The notes under the pieces are model-generated. The model saw only the letters and a program-made list of their open reading frames with translations, had not been told where the DNA came from and did no database searches. A stretch of 64,000 nucleotides of DNA, taken from Setoptus koraiensis (Eukaryota; Animalia; Arthropoda). Of the stretch, positions 37,373 through 48,100 are shown piece after piece. Position 1 is the first letter of the stretch. Every line of letters begins with the position of its first letter. The stretch is taken from positions 23,312,001-23,376,000 of the forward strand of contig CM106586.1 of assembly GCA_048013815.1 (NCBI GenBank). The letters are read 5' to 3'. Position numbers and translations under genes: made by a program.

Positions 37373-38772
37373 CTGGAGTTCCCCCGAGGCGACCTACGGC
37401 GTGTATCGACAACTGAAGTGATAGGAAATGAGAGTCTAGGTCTTTCTTCTGGAACGATGTCGTTAGCACGACTTTTGCAACAAAGTATTAAGCACACTAC
37501 AGCTATTATCACTGCAACAATAATCGAGGCGATAATCACAATCCATTTGTATTGACTCTTCGGGTATTGAGGTGCATCACTACATGCGAGATTATCAAAT
37601 TCAGTTTTGTCCATATCTTGAAATTTTTTGCCACTGTGATAACATGAAGCTCTGATCTTTCTGAAACTTTCTTGTTTCTTGAGCGCTTCGCAAACGTGCG
37701 AGTATTCGCAATCAACTTGATCAGAACTAGCCTCATCACTATCATGAAAGATTGTCAGACCCTTACTAACCATTTGACCCAGTTCTTCCGGATGACTTTT
37801 CTCGTACTTGTTGATATCTAGAGAAATCTCCAAAATTCCCTTGTTGTCCAAATATCCCTGTTTACCAGTAATTGCCGAGTACATTATACTGCCTGTTATA
37901 ATGAGGCCCTTGAACGCAAAACGTATTGTTGGTGGATTACCGCCTCCACCAGGGATTGGATCAATGTGAAAAGTATTATTTCTTAATTCCAAGGTGGCAA
38001 GTTTGTCTGAATTCAATGTTGTAAACGTTAACGTCTTATTCTTGCCATGCTCTGGAGAAACATGTATATATCCTTTGGGAATATCTAAAATCAAATCTTC
38101 GAAATAATAGGTCTGACTCACCAAATTTGAGTTGCGGGATATAATTGATAAAGTTCCTGCGACATTCTGGTTATTGTGATGCTGTCCAGAGATATAATAT
38201 GAAACATCATTTATTTTAATCGACTCGAATGATCCGCTTTCTTCATTGGATAAATCTCGAAAGATCACATTTCTTAGCGAGAGATTCTTTATTTTTATTT
38301 CTTTGTACTTTTCGTAGCCTCTAAATGTGCTGCTACTGGGATCATTTGGACCCTCAATCGTGACTTCTTCGAAAGATATAGCTTTGTCATCAAAACTAAT
38401 TGGACCATTCAATATTTTATCCAGTTTGAATTGTAGATTAACTTTCAAGTTTTGATTTGCACTCTGTTTCTGTTCAATGTGCACCGGACAGTCAGCAATA
38501 GAATCGCTGTTGCCGTCTGATGTTCCGCATTTTATATTCAATCGATCATCATCTGCATCAATGGAACAGATAATCCCCGAACCGAATTTACATTGCTCAC
38601 TGGATCTTGGTTTGCGCTGATATGAAGATGATTGATTCACTGCAAGAGGTTCATGTGTATCCAAATCTTGCTGTATGGTACCAAAAATTGTACAAGGTAA
38701 TAGCACAGCTACAAATATGAAACCAAACAATGAGTGACCATAAGTGACCCTGTGATTGTGGACACGAAACAT
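37351..38772 (-). CDS. Orphan type I membrane protein, paralog F; tail truncated and fused to ABCC-derived sequence
   Basis: Nearly identical to E except for a central patch. The last codons GNLS* are ABCC KSELK codons read in another frame. Confidence 0.85.
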   Translation of the reverse strand: MFRVHNHRVTYGHSLFGFIFVAVLLPCTIFGTIQQDLDTHEPLAVNQSSSYQRKPRSSEQCKFGSGIICSIDADDDRLNIKCGTSDGNSDSIADCPVHIEQKQSANQNLKVNLQFKLDKILNGPISFDDKAISFEEVTIEGPNDPSSSTFRGYEKYKEIKIKNLSLRNVIFRDLSNEESGSFESIKINDVSYYISGQHHNNQNVAGTLSIISRNSNLVSQTYYFEDLILDIPKGYIHVSPEHGKNKTLTFTTLNSDKLATLELRNNTFHIDPIPGGGGNPPTIRFAFKGLIITGSIMYSAITGKQGYLDNKGILEISLDINKYEKSHPEELGQMVSKGLTIFHDSDEASSDQVDCEYSHVCEALKKQESFRKIRASCYHSGKKFQDMDKTEFDNLACSDAPQYPKSQYKWIVIIASIIVAVIIAVVCLILCCKSRANDIVPEERPRLSFPITSVVDTRRRSPRGNSRLFGNLS

Positions 38773-39095
38773 CTCGGTATATTTGCTCGCTGAACAACAG
38801 AGAAGTGAGTGTCGTTGAGAATACTGGTATGATTGATTCGAATCAGTGAGATCATGATCGTTATGCAATCAGGCAGAAATTGCATACAGTATGTAGAATG
38901 CCAGGGGTATGTCGATGATGCTCGTGACGAGTACGAAAATATATGATACAGAAGATCAGCTGAAGAAAGAGAGATGTGTGTCTCGTGATGCTGATTGCTT
39001 AGTCACCTGGAACGATTATATTACTCGAGATTTTTCGGGATCTAGGAAGTATACTCAGAGAGCCGAAAAGCACCTCCCTTCTGCTTGAATTGGCA

Positions 39096-42000
39096 CTACT
39101 TTGTCTCTGGCTGTATTTCCTTCTGTCTCTTGTGGTTTTTCTTGGCCAGTGACAGAAATCTCTCGTGCTGGCCCGTATTCATGGACATCTCATAGAAGAT
39201 GCCTGTATTTGATTTGAGAAGGTCATATGGGGTATCAAATTGTTTGATTTGGCCAGAGTCCATCACAAGTACCCTGTCCGAGTCCATAATTGTGTGCAAT
39301 CTATGCGCGATAGTCAGGACAGTACAATCACGAAATTGACTTCGAATGGTTCTCTGAATGAATTGATCCGTTTCAGGATCAACATTAGCTGTGGCTTCGT
39401 CTAAAATCAATATTCTGTTGCTTCTAACAATGGCTCGAGCCAAACAAATCAATTGACGCTGACCAACACTAAAATTGGCCCCATTTTCGCTGATTTTGAA
39501 TTGTAGGCCGCCAGGTGACTTGGCAATTATACCCCTCAATTTCACAGCCTTCAAAGCGTGCCACAACAAATTGTCGCTGTATTCATCGAATGGATCAAGA
39601 TTTTTTCTGACGCTTCCACTAAATAATATTGGCTCTTGTGGTATAATGCTAATTTTTTTTCGCAATACAGCTAGTGTTAACTGTTTGGTGCTGATGTCGT
39701 CAATCTTAATTGTTCCGCTGAAATCGGCCAATCTGAACAGTGCACATATAATGGACGATTTGCCCGCGCCCGTTCTTCCAACAACGCCAATTTTTTCGTG
39801 TGACCCTATTTGAAAGTTCAACTCCTTCAACACATAAGGCTCTTGTTCGAAGTAACGCAGCGACACATTCTCAAATGTTATACGGCCCTCGTTGGGCCAT
39901 TCAGTATCCGGCTTGACAAGTGACTTAAATAGCACTATGCTAGGCGACGATTTTGTATTGAGGCCCATGCGGCGTGCTCTTCCGGTAGTGTCCACTATGT
40001 TCGTCTGTTGCAATAGTGGCTCGATCAATTGAGGATGTCTTTCGCTTATTTCGCCAGTTATGTTGTCGCCTTGAATAGCTTGATCATGTTCCGATGGCAA
40101 CTTAGAGAATTTGCCAATCCTTTGCACCGAGGTCATTTGACTTTGCAGCTCTGTCAGTTGCCTGACGCCCCATTGAAGCGGACTAGGCAATAGTATCAAT
40201 TGGGATATAAGTAGACCCACTAGACTGGAGTTAGTGTTTTTGTTTAGTACGGCGCTCACCATGATGGCAATGATCATTACAAAGAAAAACACACAACTCC
40301 AATCTATGGCCACTGTCAGCCAGTGACGGCCAGCCAAGAACGTGAACCAAGCGCGCGTATGCTGATCTTGGGCCTGATCGAATTTCATCTTGATCATTTG
40401 TTGCATTTTGAATGCCCTTATTGTACACAATCCGTCTAAAGTGGTGGACAAATGCGAATATATGGGCGCCCTAAATGAGCCCTCAATTTGTTTGAAACGA
40501 ATAATGGTCCTGGTGGCGAACCAACGAAGCAGCAGCACCAATGATATGAGAATAATGATGGGCGCTAAATTGTAAATGCTAATGTAGGCGATCAATATGC
40601 ATGTGCCTATTAAATTAACTGCTATCTCAACCACGTCTATAGCGGTTGGCGGCAGCAGTTCGTCAACAATGGCCATATCAATTGAGAATACGTTCACCAG
40701 GACCCCAATGGGATTGAAATCGAAGAAGCTCATTGGTGCGTACAATATACTGGAAAATAGTTGCTTGTGCAAATTTGTTGATGCTCTCTTGCAGGCATTG
40801 AAAAATATTAGCGTTCGCATAAACGAGGCCACCAATAGGGCCAAAGCTAGACTTAAATAAATAATACAAATGGTTTGTAGCGCCAAATCGTCCAATGTTG
40901 ACGAGACATTGTCTGGTTCTGCGGTGGCCTCACTTGCAACTTCTAACTGACCCCGTACGACGGAATCGTTTAATAGAGACTGCGTTCGTTGAAGCGGAAT
41001 ATTGTTTACATTGTCGTCAATTAGCTTGCTCGAATCCACAACCGGAAGTGAGTGAGCATATCTGCTGTGTTTCCACTTGTTTTCGAGCTCATAATCTCTG
41101 TTGAATTTGTAACTAAACATAGAATCTGTCAGATAATTACCATATGCTGATAATAAATTTGAATAATAATCAGCGTTTATCTCTTGTGTCGTCGGCAGAC
41201 GCGTATTGTTAACAGATGATGGTGATTGGTGGCTGTAGATATACTGTGACGACAGCAAATATTGCTCGGCCATTTTTCTAGCTCTGTGTTGACGTTCCTC
41301 GGAATCGGTCCATATGCTGAGAAAATAATCAATCATGTTGAAAAGAATCTGGGTGATCGTATTGGCCACCATAAATATCACCACCATCAACATACTACCA
41401 GTGGCAACAACATAATACCAGTAGGTGCTACAGTCGATCGGTGGCAATTTGAGGCCATATTGATTGGACTCGAGTCGGTCATTGGTCTGGCTTGTAAGCT
41501 GTTGCTGTTTGCTAGTGTCGGTGGTGATTTTTTCGTTTGTCAGTTGCTCTGGCGTCCGTTCAGATTGTCCAGGCCTCCCTGGATCAGTTCTTGGCTCCAT
41601 TACCAGCGTATTCACCAAAACAGTGTTTCCGGTGATGTCGTTGATAGACAGATCAGACAGGGCAGGATGAACTGTGTTCTTTGGTGATGCTTGGGGCGAT
41701 TCGGCAACGTCACTACTGGTCCGATTATCTGTTGCGGTTTCTTGTCGGGTTTGTTGTCTGCTCAAATTAGAATTGCCAATCTCATTTGCGGAAATCGACC
41801 CGTTGGAATCAGTGGAATGGGTTGGCAAATTGACGCCAGCAACAGTTTGCCGTTTGTTTTTGGTCACTTTTGACACAACCATCGGCTTGAGCGCCCGCTC
41901 TGGCCTGAACGAGATCTGTGTCCGAACCATCTTAAGTGCCTCCTCGTCCACGATTTCGTCTTTAGTAAGCTTCTCTTGTTTTGCCCTGTTCGCTGTTACA

Positions 42001-44489
42001 AACATTTTCTGGGGCAATTGTCTCAACGCACGGGCCTCATCAAAGAAATCGTGACTATAATTGAGCGTAGTCGAGTACTCGCTCGAGGCCATAATTTCCT
42101 CTAGTGTTCCAAAGGCGTATGTGGGCGAAGCCGATCGGCTGTTTTGCATAACTAATATCTTGGTGGCTTGATGCAAAAATTGCAACTGATGCGTAGCCAG
42201 CAAAACAGTTTTGTCTCTCAGAAATGATTGCATACACTGTTCGAATATGTGCTTGGCCACCAATGAATCTACCGCGGACAACGGATCGTCCAAAAGATAA
42301 ATGTCAGCCTTGTGATACAAGGCTCTCGCCAGATTCACTCTGGCTCGTTGACCGCCGCTCAACGATACACCTCGCTCGCCAACAATAGTGAGATCGCCAT
42401 CGGGTAAGAGCTCAATGTCACGATCTAGCGAGCACACTCTCAGGACCTCTCTGTAACGACTGTAAGAGTCTATGGAGTCCACATCTGAACTTTTCGTGTC
42501 TAGTTTAGGCAAATTCGCACCTGGCGGAGAACGTATCTCTACTATTTGATTGTCGCTTGATATCCGTTGGCCATTTTGGGCACTAGCACTACTTGATTTG
42601 ACCGACGGTGAGCTGGCATCACTCTTGTTTGTAGCGCTGCCAGTCTCGCCAAACAGTATATTTTCTCTGAGTGTACCTGAGAATATCCAAGGCTGTTGCG
42701 ATGCATACGAAACGTGGCCATTGACCAAAATTTGGCCACTTGTAACAGGTAATTCACCCAATATTGACATGAGCAAAGATGTCTTGCCAGAGCCAATGCG
42801 GCCAACGATGAGCACAAGATCTGTGCTGTTTATATCCATACTGATATTGTTCAAAATTACATTGTTTGTGTCCATATTACTCGAAGGCGATGGCCATTTT
42901 GCTGACACGCTTTGTAATGTAATAGTTGACTCGCTAGTTGGCATTGTATTGCTGGTCGATTCATCCCGTTCGTTTGCTCGTTCTATTTTTGAGTAGCCGC
43001 TGGTGATGGATTCACTAGTTGAGCTAATTGCTGCATTCGGTGCAAGAGTTTTCGGCGAGCCACCCAATTCCGTCAGAATAATTTCACTGCCTTTTGCAAC
43101 ATTTTCGCCTTGATCTTGTCCGAGTGTTTCCCATTTTTCCTCCAATACCAAATAGTTTCTAATGCGATCCAATGAAACTAACAATTCGGAATATTGTGCT
43201 ACTGCGTAGGGAAAGAACAGCGTCAAATGGGTGCGCAAACCACTCGCCAGAGCTATTGCCGTGAAAACTTTGGCTGGATCAAATGCGTTACCTTGCAGAA
43301 CGTAAGTGACAAATATGCTCAATAATATCAGCTTTACCAGGCCATAGAATAGCGATAAATTAATTGTCCGTAACGTTATAACATTTGACATACAGGCTAG
43401 CTCTTTTTCGCGTGCCTCGTTGATGCGATTCTCAAAGGATTTTTCCCAGGCGTACATTTTGACAATTCGCATAGAATTGATCAGTTCTGTCATCGATCTC
43501 ACTCTTTCGTCCGTCTTTTGTATGGATGAGTCGCGAACTGCACCAAACAATTTATTCATAACAAATTGAAAACATAAATAGATACCTATGGCAATGGCGC
43601 CCACTAGAGCTGGCAGCGGTCCAACATACATAGAGGCTAATATTGTAATGCAAATTAACGCTTGCAATGGGGCTACGCATAAATAGGACAAATAATAGAA
43701 GCTTGAATCGAATTTGTTGACGTCGTTGGATAATAAATTTATTATCTGGCCGGATGTGGTCATATTAATTGACGATTGACTCAATTTTAATGATTTTCTG
43801 TAAATAATAAAGCTGCAAGCAAGTCGGCATCGCATACCCAAACGAGTTGAAGTGAATATATACGGATGCGAAGTGAATAAATACAATGCCATTAGCGTGC
43901 TCAATAGAGCACTTCTAAAGATAATTGTGTATCTATCATTATCGTTTAATTGTGTCAGCAGTTGGCGACTTAATTGATCTGAATGCAAATACATCGTTGT
44001 ATGATTATTGGCAACTGTAACAAGCGAATCGTTATTGTTATCATAATGAAAGGGTTGAATTGGAGTAGATGTTTGCTGCATTGAATGTATAACCATCAAT
44101 TTTTGTACATCTCTCATAAGTAGCCCCAATGTAATAGCAATAGCGGGGCCAATGACACATTTGCTCAACATCTCCCATAGGGCACAACGAAAATAATGCC
44201 AGCCAAACACTTGCAATAGGGCCCTTTTGAGGCTTGCACCCTGGGAGCCTCGCTTTTTCAGCTCAGATTTCCAAGCAAATTGTAATCTTTGGCCCAAGAG
44301 ATCTGATTTGTCATCTTTTGATATGTTGTACAGTTCATCAATGGACAAACTAGTGGGCTTCGGGCTCCTAGATAATTTGTAGTTGAGGTGCAATATCGGA
44401 AATAGCCAGCAAACAAAGTATTTCGATACGAGTCGAGCCTCGTCGTAGGGACATCCCTTGTTTGTGGATTGATTAATGTGCTCCACCAT
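39096..44489 (-). CDS. ABCC4: ABCC/MRP4-like ABC transporter, intronless, 1797 aa
   Basis: TMD1-NBD1-TMD2-NBD2 with no TMD0. NBD1 has GRIGSGKT, LSGGQRARVNLARA and IYLLDDPLSAVD. NBD2 has GRTGAGKSS, FSVGQRQL and ILILDEATANVD. The symbol denotes subfamily likeness, not proven orthology. Confidence 0.95.
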   Translation of the reverse strand: MVEHINQSTNKGCPYDEARLVSKYFVCWLFPILHLNYKLSRSPKPTSLSIDELYNISKDDKSDLLGQRLQFAWKSELKKRGSQGASLKRALLQVFGWHYFRCALWEMLSKCVIGPAIAITLGLLMRDVQKLMVIHSMQQTSTPIQPFHYDNNNDSLVTVANNHTTMYLHSDQLSRQLLTQLNDNDRYTIIFRSALLSTLMALYLFTSHPYIFTSTRLGMRCRLACSFIIYRKSLKLSQSSINMTTSGQIINLLSNDVNKFDSSFYYLSYLCVAPLQALICITILASMYVGPLPALVGAIAIGIYLCFQFVMNKLFGAVRDSSIQKTDERVRSMTELINSMRIVKMYAWEKSFENRINEAREKELACMSNVITLRTINLSLFYGLVKLILLSIFVTYVLQGNAFDPAKVFTAIALASGLRTHLTLFFPYAVAQYSELLVSLDRIRNYLVLEEKWETLGQDQGENVAKGSEIILTELGGSPKTLAPNAAISSTSESITSGYSKIERANERDESTSNTMPTSESTITLQSVSAKWPSPSSNMDTNNVILNNISMDINSTDLVLIVGRIGSGKTSLLMSILGELPVTSGQILVNGHVSYASQQPWIFSGTLRENILFGETGSATNKSDASSPSVKSSSASAQNGQRISSDNQIVEIRSPPGANLPKLDTKSSDVDSIDSYSRYREVLRVCSLDRDIELLPDGDLTIVGERGVSLSGGQRARVNLARALYHKADIYLLDDPLSAVDSLVAKHIFEQCMQSFLRDKTVLLATHQLQFLHQATKILVMQNSRSASPTYAFGTLEEIMASSEYSTTLNYSHDFFDEARALRQLPQKMFVTANRAKQEKLTKDEIVDEEALKMVRTQISFRPERALKPMVVSKVTKNKRQTVAGVNLPTHSTDSNGSISANEIGNSNLSRQQTRQETATDNRTSSDVAESPQASPKNTVHPALSDLSINDITGNTVLVNTLVMEPRTDPGRPGQSERTPEQLTNEKITTDTSKQQQLTSQTNDRLESNQYGLKLPPIDCSTYWYYVVATGSMLMVVIFMVANTITQILFNMIDYFLSIWTDSEERQHRARKMAEQYLLSSQYIYSHQSPSSVNNTRLPTTQEINADYYSNLLSAYGNYLTDSMFSYKFNRDYELENKWKHSRYAHSLPVVDSSKLIDDNVNNIPLQRTQSLLNDSVVRGQLEVASEATAEPDNVSSTLDDLALQTICIIYLSLALALLVASFMRTLIFFNACKRASTNLHKQLFSSILYAPMSFFDFNPIGVLVNVFSIDMAIVDELLPPTAIDVVEIAVNLIGTCILIAYISIYNLAPIIILISLVLLLRWFATRTIIRFKQIEGSFRAPIYSHLSTTLDGLCTIRAFKMQQMIKMKFDQAQDQHTRAWFTFLAGRHWLTVAIDWSCVFFFVMIIAIMVSAVLNKNTNSSLVGLLISQLILLPSPLQWGVRQLTELQSQMTSVQRIGKFSKLPSEHDQAIQGDNITGEISERHPQLIEPLLQQTNIVDTTGRARRMGLNTKSSPSIVLFKSLVKPDTEWPNEGRITFENVSLRYFEQEPYVLKELNFQIGSHEKIGVVGRTGAGKSSIICALFRLADFSGTIKIDDISTKQLTLAVLRKKISIIPQEPILFSGSVRKNLDPFDEYSDNLLWHALKAVKLRGIIAKSPGGLQFKISENGANFSVGQRQLICLARAIVRSNRILILDEATANVDPETDQFIQRTIRSQFRDCTVLTIAHRLHTIMDSDRVLVMDSGQIKQFDTPYDLLKSNTGIFYEMSMNTGQHERFLSLAKKNHKRQKEIQPETK

Positions 44490-44736
44490 GGCAATATTGT
44501 GTTTTACACAATAATCAGCTTACTTTTGATCCTGTGCCTACCGTTATTTGTCGTCGTTTACTAAATAATAAATGTTGAGCGAATGCGAAATTGGTCAGCG
44601 GTAGAATTTTCAATATAATGTGACTGATATTATGATCTTAGTGTTGTTGGTGGTTAATTTAGAATGCGAGTGACGAGAAAAAAAACAATGTCAAAAAATA
44701 AACAGGGTGCATAGGAGATAATGGATTATTACGTGA

Positions 44737-44784
44737 ACACACACACACACGCACACACACACACACATACACATACACACACGC
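44737..44784. repeat. (CA)n microsatellite upstream of ABCC
   Basis: Visible imperfect CA run. Confidence 0.95.
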
Positions 44785-44937
44785 AGAGATTTGTGCGACT
44801 GGACAAAACAATATTCATATCGTCTGCGTCAGACGATCACCTTTTATTAACCGTCAACGTAAGATCAAACGATTCACATGTCAGTGTGGAAAGCCTGTAA
44901 TGTTCAACTACTGACTTTCAACATGCGACTAAACAGC

Positions 44938-45085
44938 AAGAAGAGAGAAGAAGAAGAGGAAGAGAGGGAGAGGGAGAGAGGGAGAGGGAGAGAGAGAGCC
45001 AAAGAAAGAGATGGGAGGGAGAGAGAGAGAGAGCGCCAAAGAAAGAGATGGAAAGAGATTAAGAGGGACAAAGAGCGAGAGAGAC
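44938..45085. repeat. GA-rich polypurine tract
   Basis: Visible GAGA/GGGAGA runs over ~150 bp. Confidence 0.9.
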
Positions 45086-45184
45086 GGGCAATATGTGGAC
45101 AGATGCAGAGTGATTGATGCTCCGGTGTGGACTTTTTAATTAAATTGGCCCGTTATAATTGTCGATCGACGTCAATCTAATCAA

Positions 45185-45468
45185 TCATCGTCTCCCGTAA
45201 ACTGTTCCGGCTTGTTGAAACATGTTGCTCATAGCAGTTAATGGGGCTGTCGCTATAGATGGTAATCCCATAGATTGCATTGTATGTGTAATAGTTGTCA
45301 TTGGCATGGTAGCCATATTCATCATTCCTCCTACAAGTCCGGCCATGCCATCTAATGGGGTACTAACTCTATTAGTTGATTGCGTCACCACTGTACCTTG
45401 TGTGCCAGCTATACTATTTGTATTAACTGTTTGGGCCGAATGACTTGTTGAGGCGGCCGCAGCAGCGG
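45185..45468 (-). CDS. Probable terminal exon of an unassigned gene (Ala/Thr/Met-rich, low complexity)
   Basis: A long pyrimidine tract and AAG acceptor at 45469 precede an open frame AAAAASTSHSAQTVNTNSIAGTQGTVVTQ…MAGLVGGMMNMATMPM…YGRR*. The upstream exon was not identified. Confidence 0.4.
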
Positions 45469-48100
45469 CTTAGGAATCATTTCAAAAAACGACCATAGAA
45501 AGAATGAAAAAAAAAAAAAAATGAATGAATAATTATTATTGTCTGATTGTTTCATATTACTAATAGCTCAGACACTGTTGGTATTGGCACAATGTCAATT
45601 GATTGATATCTCGTTAGTTGTTATGCAAATGAGCACATTAATTGTTGCCATGTCCAATTGCTATATGTCAGTCTGTCTGTTGGCATCATTTTGTATGTCT
45701 ATCTACCTACCTCCCACCGGAACTGCCAGTACTTCTCTATTTGTCTGTATCATTACCATACATGCCAATAGTAGACAGGGTATGGGCGTCATCAATGATC
45801 TGGGCCACATTTTCACCAGTTACAATGGTCGGTAGTATCAACAACAATGGTTCAATATGGCAACCAAACCTCAAATATATATCTGGTTATATATGTGAAT
45901 CACTTGATGGGCTTCGCCTAAATCTTACACTTGAGCTAACTTACTAATTTGTAAGTTCAATATGGTCGATAATTGAAGCGACTAGTTTTGATATATTTTA
46001 TTGTTGCTCTGTAACAGTATAATATACTAGTGCTACTAGTATTGGTATTGTTATTATTATTATTATTACTAGTATTATTAATATTTGACAATATTGCTAA
46101 GCCTTTCAACTGCGGCCGTCATATATTTTGCCTTATTTGTATCATTTCTTATCGATGGCCATGTCACTCAATATCAGATACCAACACAAACACACACACA
46201 CACACACCCAGACATATACAACAGGTAGCTGCAACATAAGACTCATCTAACATAATGAAATCCTCATGGATTTTGATTTGATTAACCAACTCTAACATGG
46301 GCCAACTGATTGCTAACTCATGAGTCTTCTAACCATCATTTATCTGATAATTACTGAAGCACATCGAGTCAATCAACAACTTGAACATTTCATGCAAAGT
46401 TTTTATGTTGCAGTTTTATCTGCATGTGTAAAATGAGACTTGTTCGTCTTGAGATCTAATTTTCAATTCATACAGCTATAGTTTGTTCAACAGAATGTTC
46501 AATTCATGGAGTTTCTATTAGTGTTGAAGATGAATTTTCTGCTCAACAACACTTAAATCCATTTGGTAGATCACTCTAGATATACAACCATGAGCGCTTT
46601 CAATATATGGCTAAACTGGAGAGCATTAGATTGAGAGAGCGAGAGATGAGAAGCCATCCGATTGGCATTGATCAAACATATAACGATAAAACGTACGTAT
46701 GTGATGGTTTATAGATGCACTGCACATCAGTCGGTGATCATAGAATGCTGAATCAAAAATTGGAAATAGTTGAGACCCTTGTTTAGTTTAGACCTCGTCC
46801 TGGGCTTCAAATGCATAAGTAATGTGAAATGTATCAAAATGGAACGACAAAAAACAACAGATGTCATGATGCTGAACAACTGATAATAACCAAGTTTTTC
46901 TGCTCTGTTCATCTGAAAAAAGCCTTGGCAATTTCGAGAGCAGCTCATGTTTGAGCTGATTTCCTCGAACGAAAGCTTAGAAAATCAAAAAATTTAGAAT
47001 CTCTAATGAATGGGCACATTTAAATCCATCATTCTATTGCATAGGTTTAAAACACTTGGGCGATCTCCCAGATTATTTTTTGTTTTTTACATGTTAATCT
47101 ATCGATAAGCATAAAATCTATCGGGTTCTGGAGCGAAAGATGAAGACACCATGAACTTCCAAGACCGCTCATCCCGATTCAGTGATGAGTTTGGTTTACA
47201 AAATACTCTCACATTCTTGGATGATGCTCAAAATTTGGCTGTTGCGAGGGGGTGGATCTCTTGAGAGATCGATGCAAATCACCATCACCAAGTTTCGATC
47301 CCTCACCGAATTGCATCCTTCGTCCAACTAGATTAGTGACAAATGAAGATGGACGAACGAGGATAAATTGTCTTCGTACTAAAGACTTATTGTTACGATT
47401 TTTCATGTAATGATCTAGTGCATAGCTCTCGAGTCTTATTTTTTAGCTTCTCTTTGGTTATTGTTGTTAGAGATAGTTTTAAAATCTATCAATTTATTAA
47501 CTGTTGATTTTTCAGCTAAATTAGAAATAATCTAATCAGACATTCACAATAGAACTTGAACTATGAAGAATGTACCGCAATCCAGAAATCATTGCCATGG
47601 CATAAATTGCTCCTTTGTCTCGAAGCGATATTTACCAACTCTCATATCCCTCATTGCGCACTGGGTTACCACAATTTTCGCTATTTTTTCAATATAGATA
47701 CAACCATAATAATGATAGTTTATCTTTAGCAAACATGTTCTACCGGGGAAAAATACACAGACAGGGTGAGATTTGGAGCAAAATTTAAGTTGAGACACGT
47801 AGGATGATTTGATATGTCTCTCTTAAATTTTTGATCATCGTTTCTTATAGTCTGGCATGGCTGGCAGTTAAAACCCTTCTATCGGCGCTGATAGTGATTT
47901 GCACTCTACTGAATGTTGGCTGCTGTGGAATCTTGAAAAAAAGATTCTAATAATATTAATATAAATAAAATCTCGAAACACAAATCGACCGGCTCAAATT
48001 AAAAGGTATAATCCACAATTTATATTCGATCAATCAAATCACACATTTTCATCTACTAAATTGTTCGTTGCGTCGAGTTGAAAGTAAATAATAAAAAATC

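Noticed and set aside
47150-47420. Possible mariner transposase relic (ARGWIS*EI…, RLVTNEDG)
   Set aside because: Only two short motif-like pieces in different frames and no TIRs; not distinguishable from chance by eye.
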